64,000 nt of DNA, taken from the NCBI GenBank assembly GCA_963779755.1, contig CAVZZO010000003.1:384001-448000 (forward strand), written 5' to 3'. This DNA comes from an uncultured Gemmatimonadales bacterium. GTDB lineage: Bacteria > Gemmatimonadota > Gemmatimonadetes > Gemmatimonadales > GWC2-71-9. A program made the translations under genes and the position numbers. Shown here one piece after another: positions 50,699-61,529 of the stretch. The notes under the pieces were generated by a model. It was not told the origin of the DNA. It saw nothing but the letters and a program-made list of their open reading frames with translations, and searched no databases. The stretch's first letter is position 1; every line of letters starts with the position of its first letter.

Positions 50699-52231
50699 GT
50701 GCCACGAGCGCTCATTTCCGTCAGCGATAAACGCGGGATCGTCACCTTTGCCCGGGGCCTCAGCGAGCTGGGCTGGGATATCATCTCCACCGGCGGCACC
50801 GCCGCCGCGTTGAAGAGTGCCGGGGTGCCGGTGACGCCGGTGGACCAGGTCACCGGCTTTCCCGAGATCCTCGACGGCCGGGTGAAGACGCTGCACCCGG
50901 CCATCCATGGCGGCCTGCTGGCGCGCCGCGACGTCCCGCAGCATCGGGAGGCCCTGGAGCGGCACGGGATCACCCCGATCGACCTGGTGGCGGTGAATCT
51001 CTATCCCTTCCAGGCCACCATCGCCAAACCGGACGTGATCTTCGAGGACGCCATCGAGAACATCGACATCGGCGGCCCCTCGATGCTGCGCAGCGCGGCC
51101 AAGAACCACGAGTCGGTGGTAGTAGTGGTGGACCCGACCGACTACGATGGCGTGCTGGAGGAGCTGCGCCGGGGCGAGCTCTCGGCCCATGCCCGGCGCC
51201 TGCTCGCGGCCAAGGTCTTCGCCCACACGGCGGATTACGATGCCGCCATCGCCGGCTATCTCTCTCCCCGGGAAGACGGTCTGCCCCGCCATCTGAGTCT
51301 GTCGCTGCACCGGGCCCAGGCGCTGCGCTACGGCGAGAACCCGTTTCAGCGCGCCGGCCTGTACGTGACCGAGGAGCCGCGCGGGATCAACGACATGACC
51401 CAGCGGCACGGCAAGGAGCTGTCGTTCAATAACCTGCTCGACCTCGATGCCGCCTCCGCCGCCGTGAGCCTCTTCCGCAACCAACCGGCGTGCGTAATCA
51501 TCAAGCATACGACGCCCTGCGGAGTGGCGGTGGGCCCCACCGCCGAGGTGGCCTTCCGGCGCGCCCACTCGACCGACAGCCAGTCGGCGTTCGGCGGGGT
51601 GGTCGGGTTCAACACGGTGGTCGACCGGCAGACGGCCGAGGCAATGCGCGAGCTGTTCCTGGAGGTCATCGTCGCGCCGTCCTTCCACGAGGAGGCGCTG
51701 GAGATCCTCTCGGGCAAGAAGAACCTGCGCATCGTGGAGCTGCCGGTCGACCAGGGCAACGGGGGCGGACTGGATTTCAAGACGGTGCGCGGCGGGTTTC
51801 TGGTGCAGGACCGCTTCCAGTTCGACCGGCGCGACAACAACTGGACCATCGCCACCAGCCGGCGCCCCACCGACGCCGAGGTCCGCGATCTGCACTTCGC
51901 CTGGTGCGCGGTGGCGCTGGTCAAGTCCAACGCCATCCTGCTGGCGAAGGAGGAGCAGGCGATCGGCATCGGCGCGGGACAGATGAGCCGGGTGGACGCC
52001 GCGTTCCTCGCGGTGCACAAGGCACGGCAGCAGGGGCATGACCCGCAGGGCAGCGTGCTCGCCTCCGACGGCTTCTTCCCCTTCCCCGACAGCGTGGACG
52101 AGGCCGCGGCGGCCGGCATTACGGCGATCATTCAGCCCGGGGGCTCGGTGCGCGACGCCGAGGTGGTCGCCGCCGCCGACCGGCACAAGCTGGCGATGAT
52201 TCTGACGGGGCGGCGGCAATTCCGGCACTGA
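50699..52231 (+). CDS. purH: AICAR transformylase/IMP cyclohydrolase
   Basis: SVSDK, GRVKTLHP, LRYGENP and ASDGFFPF motifs. Confidence 0.99.
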   Translation: MPRALISVSDKRGIVTFARGLSELGWDIISTGGTAAALKSAGVPVTPVDQVTGFPEILDGRVKTLHPAIHGGLLARRDVPQHREALERHGITPIDLVAVNLYPFQATIAKPDVIFEDAIENIDIGGPSMLRSAAKNHESVVVVVDPTDYDGVLEELRRGELSAHARRLLAAKVFAHTADYDAAIAGYLSPREDGLPRHLSLSLHRAQALRYGENPFQRAGLYVTEEPRGINDMTQRHGKELSFNNLLDLDAASAAVSLFRNQPACVIIKHTTPCGVAVGPTAEVAFRRAHSTDSQSAFGGVVGFNTVVDRQTAEAMRELFLEVIVAPSFHEEALEILSGKKNLRIVELPVDQGNGGGLDFKTVRGGFLVQDRFQFDRRDNNWTIATSRRPTDAEVRDLHFAWCAVALVKSNAILLAKEEQAIGIGAGQMSRVDAAFLAVHKARQQGHDPQGSVLASDGFFPFPDSVDEAAAAGITAIIQPGGSVRDAEVVAAADRHKLAMILTGRRQFRH

Positions 52232-52327
52232 CAGGAATCAGGCATCAGGAATCGGGAATCAGGGGCCCTCCCCTCCCCCCATTCCTGATTCCCCGTTCCT
52301 GATTCCTTCATTCCTTCATTCCTGGTC

Positions 52328-54511
52328 ATGACCGACACGCAAAGCGAACGTCCTCCGTACCTCTGGGCCGCGCTCACCTTCGCGGTGATCCTCGCGATCT
52401 ACATCGCGACCCTGGCCCCGACGACCGCGTTCTGGGACACGTCGGAATACATTGCGGCCGCCTATTCGCTGGGCATCCCCCACCCGCCGGGGAATCCGCT
52501 CTTCACCGTGCTGGCGCATACCTGGGGCGCCATCCCCTGGGCCGCGAGCTACGCGGTGCGGATCAATCTCTTCGCCGCCGTGACCAGCGCGCTGGCTGCC
52601 GGCCTCTGGTTTCTGGTCGCGGAGCGCTGGCTGCGGAGCATCGTGACGGTGCGCTGGGCCCGGCTGGCGGCCGCGTTCGCCGGCACCCTGGTGGGCGCCA
52701 CCAGCTGGACGGTGTGGAACCAGTCCACCGTGAACGCCAAGGTCTATACCGTCTCGCTGCTCACCCTGGCCTTCACCCTGTGGCTCACCGTGCGCTGGGC
52801 AGACAACGAGCCCGGACCGCACCGCGACCGGCTGCTCATCCTCATCGCCTATGTCGTCGCGCTCAGTACCACCAATCACATGATGGGCGCGCTGATCGTG
52901 CCGGTGATCGGGATCTACATCCTGATGACCGACTGGCGGGTGCTGCTGCGCCCCGGCCTGCTGGCCGCCGTGGTGGTGGCGGCGGGGCTGGGCTGGTCGC
53001 TCAACTTCATGCTGCTGATCCGCTCCGCCCAGTATCCCCCCATCAACGAGGGCGAGCCGACCACGGTGGCGGCGCTCAAGGCCGTGCTCAACCGCGAGCA
53101 GTACGGCAAGCCGTCGATTTTTCTGCGGCAGGCCGACTTCCCAGCCCAGCTGGGGAACTATCTGCAATACTTCTCCTGGCAGTTCGCGGGGGACTGCTCG
53201 CGCGGATTCAATGCGTCCTGCCTCTGGTTCAACAAAGCCGCCACCGCACTGTTCGCCGTGCTCGGCGTGGGCGGCATCATGGCCCTCTGGGCCCGCCGGC
53301 GCCGGGCGGGCATCGCGCTGGTGGTGCTGCTCTTCACCTTTACCATCGCGCTGGTGTTCTATCTCAACTTCAAGTACGGCTTCTCCTGGCACCCCGAGCG
53401 GAACCTGATCCGCGAGGTGCGCGAACGGGACTATTTCTTCGTCGCCAGCTTCGCCGCCTGGGGCCTGGCCGTGGCCCTGGGGCTCGGGGCCCTGATGCGC
53501 ATCATCGTGGATTTCCTGCGCGACCGCGGGACGCCCACCTCCCGCTGGGCCGCCGCCTCGCCGGTGCTGGCGCTGGCCCTGATTCCCATTTTCGGCAATC
53601 ACATTACCGCCAGCCGCGCGCACGAAACGCTGGCCCGCGACTTCGCCGCCGACATGCTCCAGTCGGTGGAGCCCTACGGCATCCTCATCACCGCCGGCGA
53701 CAACGACACCTTCCCGCTCTGGTATGCCCAGACGGTCGAAGGTATCCGGCCCGACGTGACCCTGGTGAACCTCTCGCTCGCCAATACCGACTGGCACCTG
53801 CGCCAGCTCCGCCGGCGCGAGACGCCGGCGTTCAATCCGGCGGAGGCACCGGACCTCTGGAAGCCGCGCCCCGCGGAGCCGCAGCGGCAGCTGACCGATA
53901 CCGGCGCGGTGGTGGCCCAGGGGGAACAGTGGCCCAAACCCACCAGCCCGGTGTTCTCCCTGACCCAGGATCAGCTGGACCAGATCCCGCCGATCAGCCT
54001 GGCCCCGTCGTCCGGCAAGTCCCAGTTCGGCAACGTGACTATCACCTATGGCAACCGGGAGCTGGAGAAGTCGGACGTGGCTGTGGCCCTGCTCATCAAG
54101 GACAACCTGGGCAAGCGCCCCATCTACTTCGCCTGGAGCGACGGCGGTTACCCCGATCAGACACTGGGGCTGGCGCCGTACCTGGTCACGCAGGGCATGG
54201 TGCGGAAGCTGAACAACGGTCTGGTACAGCCGGTGGACGATTCGATCGTGGTGAGCCGGGGCTTCGGCTACGTGGACCTGCCGACCACCGAGAAGCTGCT
54301 GTGGGATGTGTACCACTGGAAATCAGCCACGCGGGAACGCCCCCGCGGGTGGGTGGACGAACCCTCGTCGCCCATCCTCCGGCTCTACGGCATTGTGTAT
54401 CAACTGATGGGAAATACCCTGCTGGCGCAGGGCGATACGGTGCAGGCCATGCGGGCCGATTCGGTCTCCCGGTCGGTCTACCAGAACCTGGAGTACCGCA
54501 CCGGCCACTAG
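52328..54511 (+). CDS. DUF2723-domain (GT-C-like) membrane protein
   Basis: FWDTSEYI, PHPPGNP and GDNDTFPLWY motifs. Confidence 0.88.
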   Translation: MTDTQSERPPYLWAALTFAVILAIYIATLAPTTAFWDTSEYIAAAYSLGIPHPPGNPLFTVLAHTWGAIPWAASYAVRINLFAAVTSALAAGLWFLVAERWLRSIVTVRWARLAAAFAGTLVGATSWTVWNQSTVNAKVYTVSLLTLAFTLWLTVRWADNEPGPHRDRLLILIAYVVALSTTNHMMGALIVPVIGIYILMTDWRVLLRPGLLAAVVVAAGLGWSLNFMLLIRSAQYPPINEGEPTTVAALKAVLNREQYGKPSIFLRQADFPAQLGNYLQYFSWQFAGDCSRGFNASCLWFNKAATALFAVLGVGGIMALWARRRRAGIALVVLLFTFTIALVFYLNFKYGFSWHPERNLIREVRERDYFFVASFAAWGLAVALGLGALMRIIVDFLRDRGTPTSRWAAASPVLALALIPIFGNHITASRAHETLARDFAADMLQSVEPYGILITAGDNDTFPLWYAQTVEGIRPDVTLVNLSLANTDWHLRQLRRRETPAFNPAEAPDLWKPRPAEPQRQLTDTGAVVAQGEQWPKPTSPVFSLTQDQLDQIPPISLAPSSGKSQFGNVTITYGNRELEKSDVAVALLIKDNLGKRPIYFAWSDGGYPDQTLGLAPYLVTQGMVRKLNNGLVQPVDDSIVVSRGFGYVDLPTTEKLLWDVYHWKSATRERPRGWVDEPSSPILRLYGIVYQLMGNTLLAQGDTVQAMRADSVSRSVYQNLEYRTGH

Positions 54512-55063
54512 CCGGCGGGGCGCCGGGGCCTGCCGGACCCTGCCGCCGCCGGCGGCCCGGCCACCGAGACCATACGGCAGCGTGATCTCCATGCCGGCTG
54601 CCGAATGGCCGGGGTACATCGCCGCTGGTCGGGAGACAGCCGCGATGCCATGGATTGACCGGCGCAGGTCTCGAAGCTGCCGGCGGCACAGTCGACAACG
54701 ATCGGGCGGCGGACGAGCCTGCCCAGGGTGATCCCGGCCAGAAGTTGCATCATGCCGGGAAGGGGCGGGGTTAGTTGTGGCGCCGGAGTAACAGTCTGGT
54801 CGAATTGGATCCGGCCAAGCAGTTACCCCCTCAACTACGCCGCAAGGGCGCTCGCAGGATGACGGACCCTCCGCCCCGTCGCGGGTACCATCCACAGCCG
54901 GCCTGAAACACCCATCCTCTTTTTCCATCGCGGGTTCGCGGCGCGCCGGCGGGACCGGAGCGATTCTTGCTTGTGGCTCTCCCGTCCCGGCACGGTCGCC
55001 GCTGTCCGGGACTCTCCTGTACAAGAACTGTTCGTGTCAGAAAATCAGACGTCCGGAGGACCC

Positions 55064-55282
55064 ATGCCGCGTACTCAGGCCCGCGTCAAACCGATGGATG
55101 CCCACCATTATCCCCGGCTGCAACCGGATATCTGGTACGGAGTCACTCCGATCTTCCCCGGCGTCACCCAGCGGATGGTGAACCTTGCCGGCGAGCGGCT
55201 CGCCCGCCTCGAGACGCCTCCCGATTATACCACCGTGAAGGCTGAACATTTCGAGTTCCGGCAGTGGGAGGACGAGGCCTAA
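55064..55282 (+). CDS. Small hypothetical protein
   Basis: GGAGGA RBS, 72 aa. Confidence 0.7.
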   Translation: MPRTQARVKPMDAHHYPRLQPDIWYGVTPIFPGVTQRMVNLAGERLARLETPPDYTTVKAEHFEFRQWEDEA

Positions 55283-55914
55283 TCCAGCTGCGGCACGGTG
55301 GGAGGATCGTTACAGAGGCTGGTCATGCTGTTGAGATCGGCGTCGGCAACGGTGAGTGTCAGGCTGGTGACACCCGGCAGGACGGGGATCTCCACCATCC
55401 AGGTAAAGTTGTCGACCGGATGCCAGGCCCAGTCGTCTCCCACCGAAGACGCGGTGGGGCCGCCGGCGACTGCCGCCACCGCGTGCGACGCCATCCGGCG
55501 ATCCACCGTCTTCCGCCCCTGCAGATCCACCACGGTCGCCAGCGCGTAGGCCCCCGCCAGCGAACAGTGCAGAATCGCGGGCGCGAAGCGCACCAGCCGC
55601 AGGTTGATCAGATCGGGGCCGGTAAAGCGGCTGGCGACCGAAACGGGCTGGTACCGGACGTCGTCAATCCAGATCGAGCTGGGTTCCTGGTGTACCTGGA
55701 GGCGATAGAAGCCGTCCGGGCCCGTCACGGCAAGGGCGCCGTTAGTCCCCCCGACGACCCGCACGCCCTCCACCGGCGTTCCCAGCAGCGAGTCGAATAC
55801 CGTTCCGCTCACCGCGACCAGTCCCGGCTCGATCGTGTCGGGGGCGGCCGCATCGGGCGGGCCGCCGGTGCAGGCGGCGGCAGCCAGCAGCAGGAAAACC
55901 GGGAAGCGGGGCAT
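55279..55914 (-). CDS. Lipoprotein with carboxypeptidase-regulatory-like domain
   Basis: AAAC lipobox; VSGTVFDS..PVEGVRV..TGPDGFY. Confidence 0.78.
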   Translation of the reverse strand: MPRFPVFLLLAAAACTGGPPDAAAPDTIEPGLVAVSGTVFDSLLGTPVEGVRVVGGTNGALAVTGPDGFYRLQVHQEPSSIWIDDVRYQPVSVASRFTGPDLINLRLVRFAPAILHCSLAGAYALATVVDLQGRKTVDRRMASHAVAAVAGGPTASSVGDDWAWHPVDNFTWMVEIPVLPGVTSLTLTVADADLNSMTSLCNDPPTVPQLD

Positions 55915-56034
55915 GGCGTCCTCCAGCGAGGCCCGGACGTCAGTATACGGCGGGAATCGGGAAGGGGGAATAGGGAACGGGGAACTTGCCCGTTCCCTTT
56001 TCCCCCCTTTCCCCTTTCCCTATCTTCCGGCCCG

Positions 56035-56121
56035 GGCGTGGTGGCAGAGCGGTCGAATGCAGCGGTCTTGAAAACCGCCGAACGGGTAACCGTTCCGTGA
56101 GTTCGAATCTCACCCACGCCG
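56035..56121 (+). tRNA. tRNA-Ser(TGA)
   Basis: GGCGTGG/CCACGCC acceptor, TGA anticodon, long variable arm, G discriminator. Confidence 0.95.
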
Positions 56122-56289
56122 TTTCCCCTCTCCCCCTCCCCACCCTGTCGAGGGGTCGAGCTCCACGGCAGCCGCCCCACTCCCCTGTCGAGGGGGTCGA
56201 GCCGCTCCTCGACCCTCTCGACCCCCTCGACCCCCTCGACCGTCTCGACCCGGTTTCCCAAACGCCTCTACCGGTGTAATCTGCGGATC

Positions 56290-56718
56290 ATGGATGACGA
56301 TATTCTCGCCGAAGTCCGTGACAAACTGACCCAGCTCCTCGCCGCGTATGATGAGGAGGAGGACCCCTACACCTACGGGTTCGTGCTGCACCCGCGCGAT
56401 CACGCCGGCGACATGCGCTTCGGCATCATCACCCTGAGCGGCGAGAGCCTCATGCTCTCCCGCACCCTGCTCGATGCCCTGCTCGACGAAGTCTGCTGGA
56501 TCTACGGCGCCGTGCCCGTACAATTGCGCGCCCCCAGCCCCGGGCCTCCGGGCAGCGACGGCGCCGCCCTCTCCCTCTTCATCCACCACCTCGACGACAC
56601 CGCCCAGGCGCCGGAGCTTTCCGCGCTGCTTCCCGGCGAGGGGCCGGTGACGCCGGAAACCCTGCGGGAACCGCTGCTGGCACTGACCCATGCCCGGCCC
56701 GAAGGGTGGCCGCCCTGA
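56290..56718 (+). CDS. Hypothetical protein
   Basis: Coding-like codon usage. Confidence 0.7.
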   Translation: MDDDILAEVRDKLTQLLAAYDEEEDPYTYGFVLHPRDHAGDMRFGIITLSGESLMLSRTLLDALLDEVCWIYGAVPVQLRAPSPGPPGSDGAALSLFIHHLDDTAQAPELSALLPGEGPVTPETLREPLLALTHARPEGWPP

Positions 56719-57455
56719 CGGCCGAAGGCGCGAAGACGGTCGGCGCTGACGTGGCAGCCTCCCTCACCGACGGCGAGAGTTCCGGCACGGCCGGGACCGC
56801 GCCGCCGCCCTTGCGCCGGCGACGCGCCGCACTGCTGGCGCTGCTGGTGGCAGCGCTGGCCGTTCTCGCCTCCACTGACCGGCTGCACCGGCCCATTCTC
56901 CAGGTGCTGGCCTGGGCCGCGGGCATCATCGCCGCGCATCCCATCGCCGGCGCCCTGCTCTTCCTGCTGCTCTCCGCTCTCTCCGCCATGCTGGCGTTCG
57001 TCTCCACCGCGGTGCTGGTGCCGGCGGCGCTGCTTGCGTGGGGGAAGGCTCCGACCCTGGCCCTCCTGTGGGCCGGCTGGATCCTGGGGGGCGCTACCGC
57101 GTATGGCCTCGCGTGCGGACTGGGCCGACCCCTGGCGGCCCGGCTCGCCTCCGCCTCCACCGTCGAGCGGTACGAGCGGCGCCTGAGCCGGCATAGCAGC
57201 TTCGGTCTGGTGCTGCTCTTCCAACTGGCGCTGCCTTCGGAGATTCCCGGCTATGTGCTGGGGCTGGCGCGCTATCCCTTTGGCCGTTACCTGGCGGCGG
57301 TCGCATTGGGAGAGCTGCCCTATGCGGTGGGAACCGTGTACCTGGGGAGCGAATTGCTGCGCGGCAACGCCCTGCTGCTGGTCGCACTGGGAGCCGCGGG
57401 CCTGCTGCTCAGCCTGGGCGCGTTTCGGCTGCTGCATCAGCGCCTGGCGCGCTGA
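56706..57455 (+). CDS. VTT/TVP38 (DedA-like) membrane protein; start uncertain
   Basis: Multi-TM; YVLGLARYPFGRY pattern. Confidence 0.8.
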   Translation: MAALTAEGAKTVGADVAASLTDGESSGTAGTAPPPLRRRRAALLALLVAALAVLASTDRLHRPILQVLAWAAGIIAAHPIAGALLFLLLSALSAMLAFVSTAVLVPAALLAWGKAPTLALLWAGWILGGATAYGLACGLGRPLAARLASASTVERYERRLSRHSSFGLVLLFQLALPSEIPGYVLGLARYPFGRYLAAVALGELPYAVGTVYLGSELLRGNALLLVALGAAGLLLSLGAFRLLHQRLAR

Positions 57456-57456
57456 G

Positions 57457-58380
57457 CTACCGCCCCGGCCGGCGCAGCGAGCCCAGCGCCGCCCCTGACG
57501 CCCGGAGCGTTCCTTCCCGGAGGAGGAGGCGAACCGAGGCAGAATCCACCACGTCCGGCCCCACACCCGCGTCCGCCAGCAGCCGGTAGAGCAGGTCCTC
57601 CAGAGCCGGGCCGTAGTGATGGTAGATATCCGGATACACCATCAGGCTGTCATGGCCCACCAGCGCCACGTCATAGCGAATCTCGAGCGGCACTCGCTGC
57701 GGCAGGTCGGTCACGCGCACTTCCCCTGACGAGGGCAGCGGAGCCGAAGGGACGGAGTCCGTGCGGTTCCCGCGACGCCAGACCAGGCCGGCCAGCGCCA
57801 GAGCATCGGTGTTCGACAGCCGCACACACCCGTGGCTCGCCGGCTTGCCGAGCGAGGTCGTGTCGGCGGTGCCGTGCAGGTAGTAGTCGGGCCGGCGGAA
57901 CAGCAGCTTGACCCGGCCCATCGGGTTGGCCGGACCCGGGGGGGTGATGGTATCTCCCGCCGCCCAGGGGGCGCGGGGCGGCACCCACCAGGGGTTCCAG
58001 ACGATTCGCTCTACCTGGAACTCTCCCACCGGCGTGGGATACTCGGCCTGCCCCACCGCGACCGGATAGGTGGCGGCCGTCGTTCCCCGGTCCAGCACCT
58101 GGAGCTGGAAGGAGGGCAGGTTTAACCGGAGCGACAGGCCGGCGGGCGGGGCGGCTTCCTCCCGGGCGGGCTCCTCCGCATTCGCCGCCGCCGATTCCGC
58201 CGGGGCCGGAGCCCCGCAGCCGGGATCCGGCTGCGCTGCGGGTGGCTCCGGATGGCCACAGGCCCCAAACAGGAGACAGACAGCGCCCAGCGCGGCGTAG
58301 CCGCCCCAGGGGCGGACGTCCACCCGATTCACTGACCGGCTGCCTGGCCCATCGCCGGAGCGTCTCACTTCACACCTCAT
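57457..58380 (-). CDS. L,D-transpeptidase lipoprotein; start uncertain
   Basis: YPVAVG, TPVGEF, NPWW and LHGT..ASHGCVRL motifs. Confidence 0.92.
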   Translation of the reverse strand: MRCEVRRSGDGPGSRSVNRVDVRPWGGYAALGAVCLLFGACGHPEPPAAQPDPGCGAPAPAESAAANAEEPAREEAAPPAGLSLRLNLPSFQLQVLDRGTTAATYPVAVGQAEYPTPVGEFQVERIVWNPWWVPPRAPWAAGDTITPPGPANPMGRVKLLFRRPDYYLHGTADTTSLGKPASHGCVRLSNTDALALAGLVWRRGNRTDSVPSAPLPSSGEVRVTDLPQRVPLEIRYDVALVGHDSLMVYPDIYHHYGPALEDLLYRLLADAGVGPDVVDSASVRLLLREGTLRASGAALGSLRRPGR

Positions 58381-58491
58381 TCAGAGTGTCTTCAGACGCG
58401 TTCGGGTACTGTTCTCCGGTACTTTGCGGAAATGCTCGCCTTCCTCACCACTCAGGCGCCAGTCATCGCCCCGAGGACTACCGTACCAGTG

Positions 58492-59445
58492 ATGAGCGAT
58501 TTCGAGCTCGACCTCCACGACGATGCCTCCCCCGCCGGCGATCCCCCGCGGCCAACCGAGCCGGAAAACACCCATATCGCCCGCCTGCTGGAAGAAGCAG
58601 CCCGGCTGCTGGAGGAGCAAGGGGCCAACCGGTTCCGGGTACACGCCTACCGCGCGGCCGCCGCAACCCTGCGGCAGCTCGACCGTCCGGTGAGCCTGAT
58701 CCTGGATGCGCAGGGCCTGGAAGGCCTGGAACGGCTTCCGACGATCGGCATAATGCTGGCGCGGGCCATCCGGGACATGTTGCGCACCGGCCGCTACCCC
58801 ATGCTCGAGCGCCTGCGGGGCGAGAGCGACCCCGTCGAGCTGCTGGCCGGTGTTCCCGGAATCGGGGTCACGCTGGCCGATCGGATTCATCACGACCTGG
58901 GGATCGACACGCTGGAGGAGCTGGAGGCCGCCGCGCACGACGGGCGGCTCGCGACGCTGCCGGGGTTCGGGGCCAAGCGGCTGGCCGGCGTGGTGGACTC
59001 GCTCGCCGCCCGCCTGGAGCGGGTTCGTCGCCGCCCCGACGGAACCCGGGAGGACGAGCCTCCCATCGGCGAGGTGCTGGACGTCGACCGGGAGTACCGG
59101 CGCAAGGCGCGAGTCGGGGCACTCCCTCACATCGCGCCGCGCCGCTTCAACCCCGAGAACAAGGCCTGGCTTCCCATTCTGCATACCCAGCGGGGCGACC
59201 GGCACTATACCGCACTCTTCTCCAATACCGCCCGCGCCCATCGCCTGGGCCGCACCGCCGACTGGGTGGTGATCTATCACGACGGCGACGGACCGGCGCA
59301 GCAGTGCACCGTGGTCACCGGCCGCCAGGGGGCGCTCCAGGGTCGCCGGGTGGTTCGTGGTCGCGAGCTCGAGTGTATCGGCTACTATGAAGAACGGGCC
59401 CGCCTGCGCAGTGCCGCGGGCGGAGACGGGCCCAGCGACGACTGA
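58492..59445 (+). CDS. PolX-like helix-hairpin-helix DNA-binding protein
   Basis: NRFRVHAYRAAA and three HhH motifs (LPTIG, VPGIG, LPGFG); no polymerase or PHP domain visible. Confidence 0.82.
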   Translation: MSDFELDLHDDASPAGDPPRPTEPENTHIARLLEEAARLLEEQGANRFRVHAYRAAAATLRQLDRPVSLILDAQGLEGLERLPTIGIMLARAIRDMLRTGRYPMLERLRGESDPVELLAGVPGIGVTLADRIHHDLGIDTLEELEAAAHDGRLATLPGFGAKRLAGVVDSLAARLERVRRRPDGTREDEPPIGEVLDVDREYRRKARVGALPHIAPRRFNPENKAWLPILHTQRGDRHYTALFSNTARAHRLGRTADWVVIYHDGDGPAQQCTVVTGRQGALQGRRVVRGRELECIGYYEERARLRSAAGGDGPSDD

Positions 59446-59466
59446 CCGGCCCGGCAGGAGGTACCC

Positions 59467-61455
59467 ATGCGAGATCAGACCGCCGCACGTCAGCGCATGG
59501 TCGAATCGCAGATCGCCGCGCGGGGCGTCCGCCATGCGCGCGTACTGCAGGCCATGCGAGAGGTCCCTCGCGACGCGTTCGTTCCGGAGGATCTGGCGGA
59601 GTTCGCCTACGAGGACACGGCCCTGCCCATCGAAGCGGGGCAGACTATTTCCCAACCCTATATCGTCGCACAGATGCTGGCCGCGGCCGACCCGAGCCCG
59701 GAAGCGCGCGCGCTGGAGATCGGTGCCGGTTCCGGCTATGCCGCGGCGGTGCTCTCGCGCCTGGTGCGCGAGGTCTACACGGTCGAACGGCATCCGGAGC
59801 TGGCCCGCCTGGCGGGCGAGCGGCTGCGGCGGCTGGGCTACGGCAACGCCACCGTGCGCCAGGGGGACGGCAGCCGCGGCTGGCGCGAACATGCGCCCTA
59901 TGACCTCATCCTGGTCACCGCGGCGGCGCCCGAGGTGCCGGAGTCGCTGCTGGAGCAACTCGCCCCCGGCGGGCGGCTGATCGCGCCGGTCGGCAGCCCC
60001 GAAGAACAGCGCCTGGTCCGGGTGACCCGCAACGAGTCGGGCTCGCTTTCGCGCGAGGTGCTGGAGGCGGTGCGCTTCGTACCCCTGGTAGGAAGCGAGG
60101 GGTGGCGGGAGTCCGGCGGCCGGCTGGTGCCGCCGCCGCGGCCGAGTCCCGGCGACCACGCGCTCACCCGCCTGGTGGCGGAAACCTGCCATCCGCTGGA
60201 CGACATCGACTCGGCCGAGCTGGGCTCGCTGCTGGAGCGAATCGGCGACGCCCGGGTGGTGCTGATCGGCGAGGCCAGCCACGGCACCTCGGAATTCTAC
60301 CGCATGCGGGCGCGGGTCACGCGGGAGCTGGTCGCCGAGCGCGGGTTCAGCATCGTCGCCGCCGAGGCCGACTGGCCCGATGCGGCCGCGTTCGACCGCT
60401 ATGTGCGCCATCACCCTCCAGGGCCCGCAGGCCAGCCGCCGCCCTTCACCCGCTTCCCGGTCTGGATGTGGCGCAACGAGGAGACCGCGAACTTCCTGGA
60501 GTGGTTGCGGACCTGGAACGGCGAGCAACCGGAAGAGCGGCGTGCCGGCTTCTACGGCCTGGACCTCTACAGCCTGTACGGCTCCGTCCATGCGGTGCTG
60601 GACTATCTGGACGACGTCGATCCCGGGGCGGCCCTGGTGGCCCGCACCCGCTATGGATGCCTCACCCCCTGGCAGCACGATCCGGCGGTCTATGGCCAGG
60701 CCGCCCTCTCGCCCGGCTTCCGCACCTGCGAGGCCGGCGTGGTCGCCATGCTGCAGGACCTGCTGCAGAAGCGGCTGGAGTACATGGAACAGGACGGCGA
60801 CCGGTTCTTCGGCGCCGTCCAGAACGCCCGGCTGGTGGCCGACGCTGAGCGCTACTACCGGACCATGTACTACGGCTCGGTAGCCTCCTGGAACCTGCGC
60901 GATTCGCACATGTTCGACACCCTGCGGGAGCTGCTGGCGCACCGGGGGCCGGGCGCGAAAGCGGTGGTCTGGGCCCATAACAGCCACGTCGGCAATGCCG
61001 GCGCCACCGAGATGAGCCTCCGGGGCGAGCACAATATCGGCCAGCTCAGCCGGCGCGAGTTCGGTGCGAATGCGTTCATCATCGGCTTCGGCACCGATCA
61101 CGGCACCGTCGCCGCGGCCACCAACTGGGACGACCCGATGGAGGTCAAGCAGGTGCGGGCCGCCCTGCCCCGGAGCTACGAGCGGCTCTGCCATGAGAGC
61201 GGCGTCCCTGCCTTCCTGCTGCACCTGCGGCATCCGGACCGGGAGGAGCTGCGCGAGGAGCTGCTGCCGCAGCGGCTGGAACGGGCCATCGGGGTGATCT
61301 ACCGTCCCGAGACGGAGCGGCAGAGCCATTACTTCGAGGCCGTGCTTCCCGAGCAGTTCGACGAATACATCTGGTTCGACGAGACTGCCGCGGTGCACCC
61401 GGTCCCCGCGCCGGTCAGCGCGGGCCTGCCGGAGACCTGGCCGTTCGGGGTGTGA
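59467..61455 (+). CDS. Protein-L-isoaspartate O-methyltransferase / erythromycin-esterase-family fusion
   Basis: QTISQP and LEIGAGSGY, then GEASHGT, EADWPD and VWAHNSH. Confidence 0.93.
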   Translation: MRDQTAARQRMVESQIAARGVRHARVLQAMREVPRDAFVPEDLAEFAYEDTALPIEAGQTISQPYIVAQMLAAADPSPEARALEIGAGSGYAAAVLSRLVREVYTVERHPELARLAGERLRRLGYGNATVRQGDGSRGWREHAPYDLILVTAAAPEVPESLLEQLAPGGRLIAPVGSPEEQRLVRVTRNESGSLSREVLEAVRFVPLVGSEGWRESGGRLVPPPRPSPGDHALTRLVAETCHPLDDIDSAELGSLLERIGDARVVLIGEASHGTSEFYRMRARVTRELVAERGFSIVAAEADWPDAAAFDRYVRHHPPGPAGQPPPFTRFPVWMWRNEETANFLEWLRTWNGEQPEERRAGFYGLDLYSLYGSVHAVLDYLDDVDPGAALVARTRYGCLTPWQHDPAVYGQAALSPGFRTCEAGVVAMLQDLLQKRLEYMEQDGDRFFGAVQNARLVADAERYYRTMYYGSVASWNLRDSHMFDTLRELLAHRGPGAKAVVWAHNSHVGNAGATEMSLRGEHNIGQLSRREFGANAFIIGFGTDHGTVAAATNWDDPMEVKQVRAALPRSYERLCHESGVPAFLLHLRHPDREELREELLPQRLERAIGVIYRPETERQSHYFEAVLPEQFDEYIWFDETAAVHPVPAPVSAGLPETWPFGV

Positions 61456-61529
61456 CGGGGAGAAAAGGACTGAGGACTGAGGACTGAGTGTGCCCGGGAC
61501 ACCTGTCCTCAGTCCTCAGTCCTCAGTCC

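Noticed and set aside
54508..54753. 81-aa minus-strand ORF
   Set aside because: No recognisable motif or clear RBS; cannot be supported.
56035..56121. tRNA-Sec (selC), given selA nearby
   Set aside because: The anticodon is TGA (Ser), not TCA, and the acceptor stem is 7 bp.
47279..61398. Long antisense ORFs (47279-49342, 50381-52228, 52316-54316, 58381-61398)
   Set aside because: They are shadow frames of well-supported genes in high-GC DNA.
59467..61455. Macrolide resistance gene
   Set aside because: The erythromycin-esterase-family domain fused to PCMT is a widespread homologue with no evidence for resistance.
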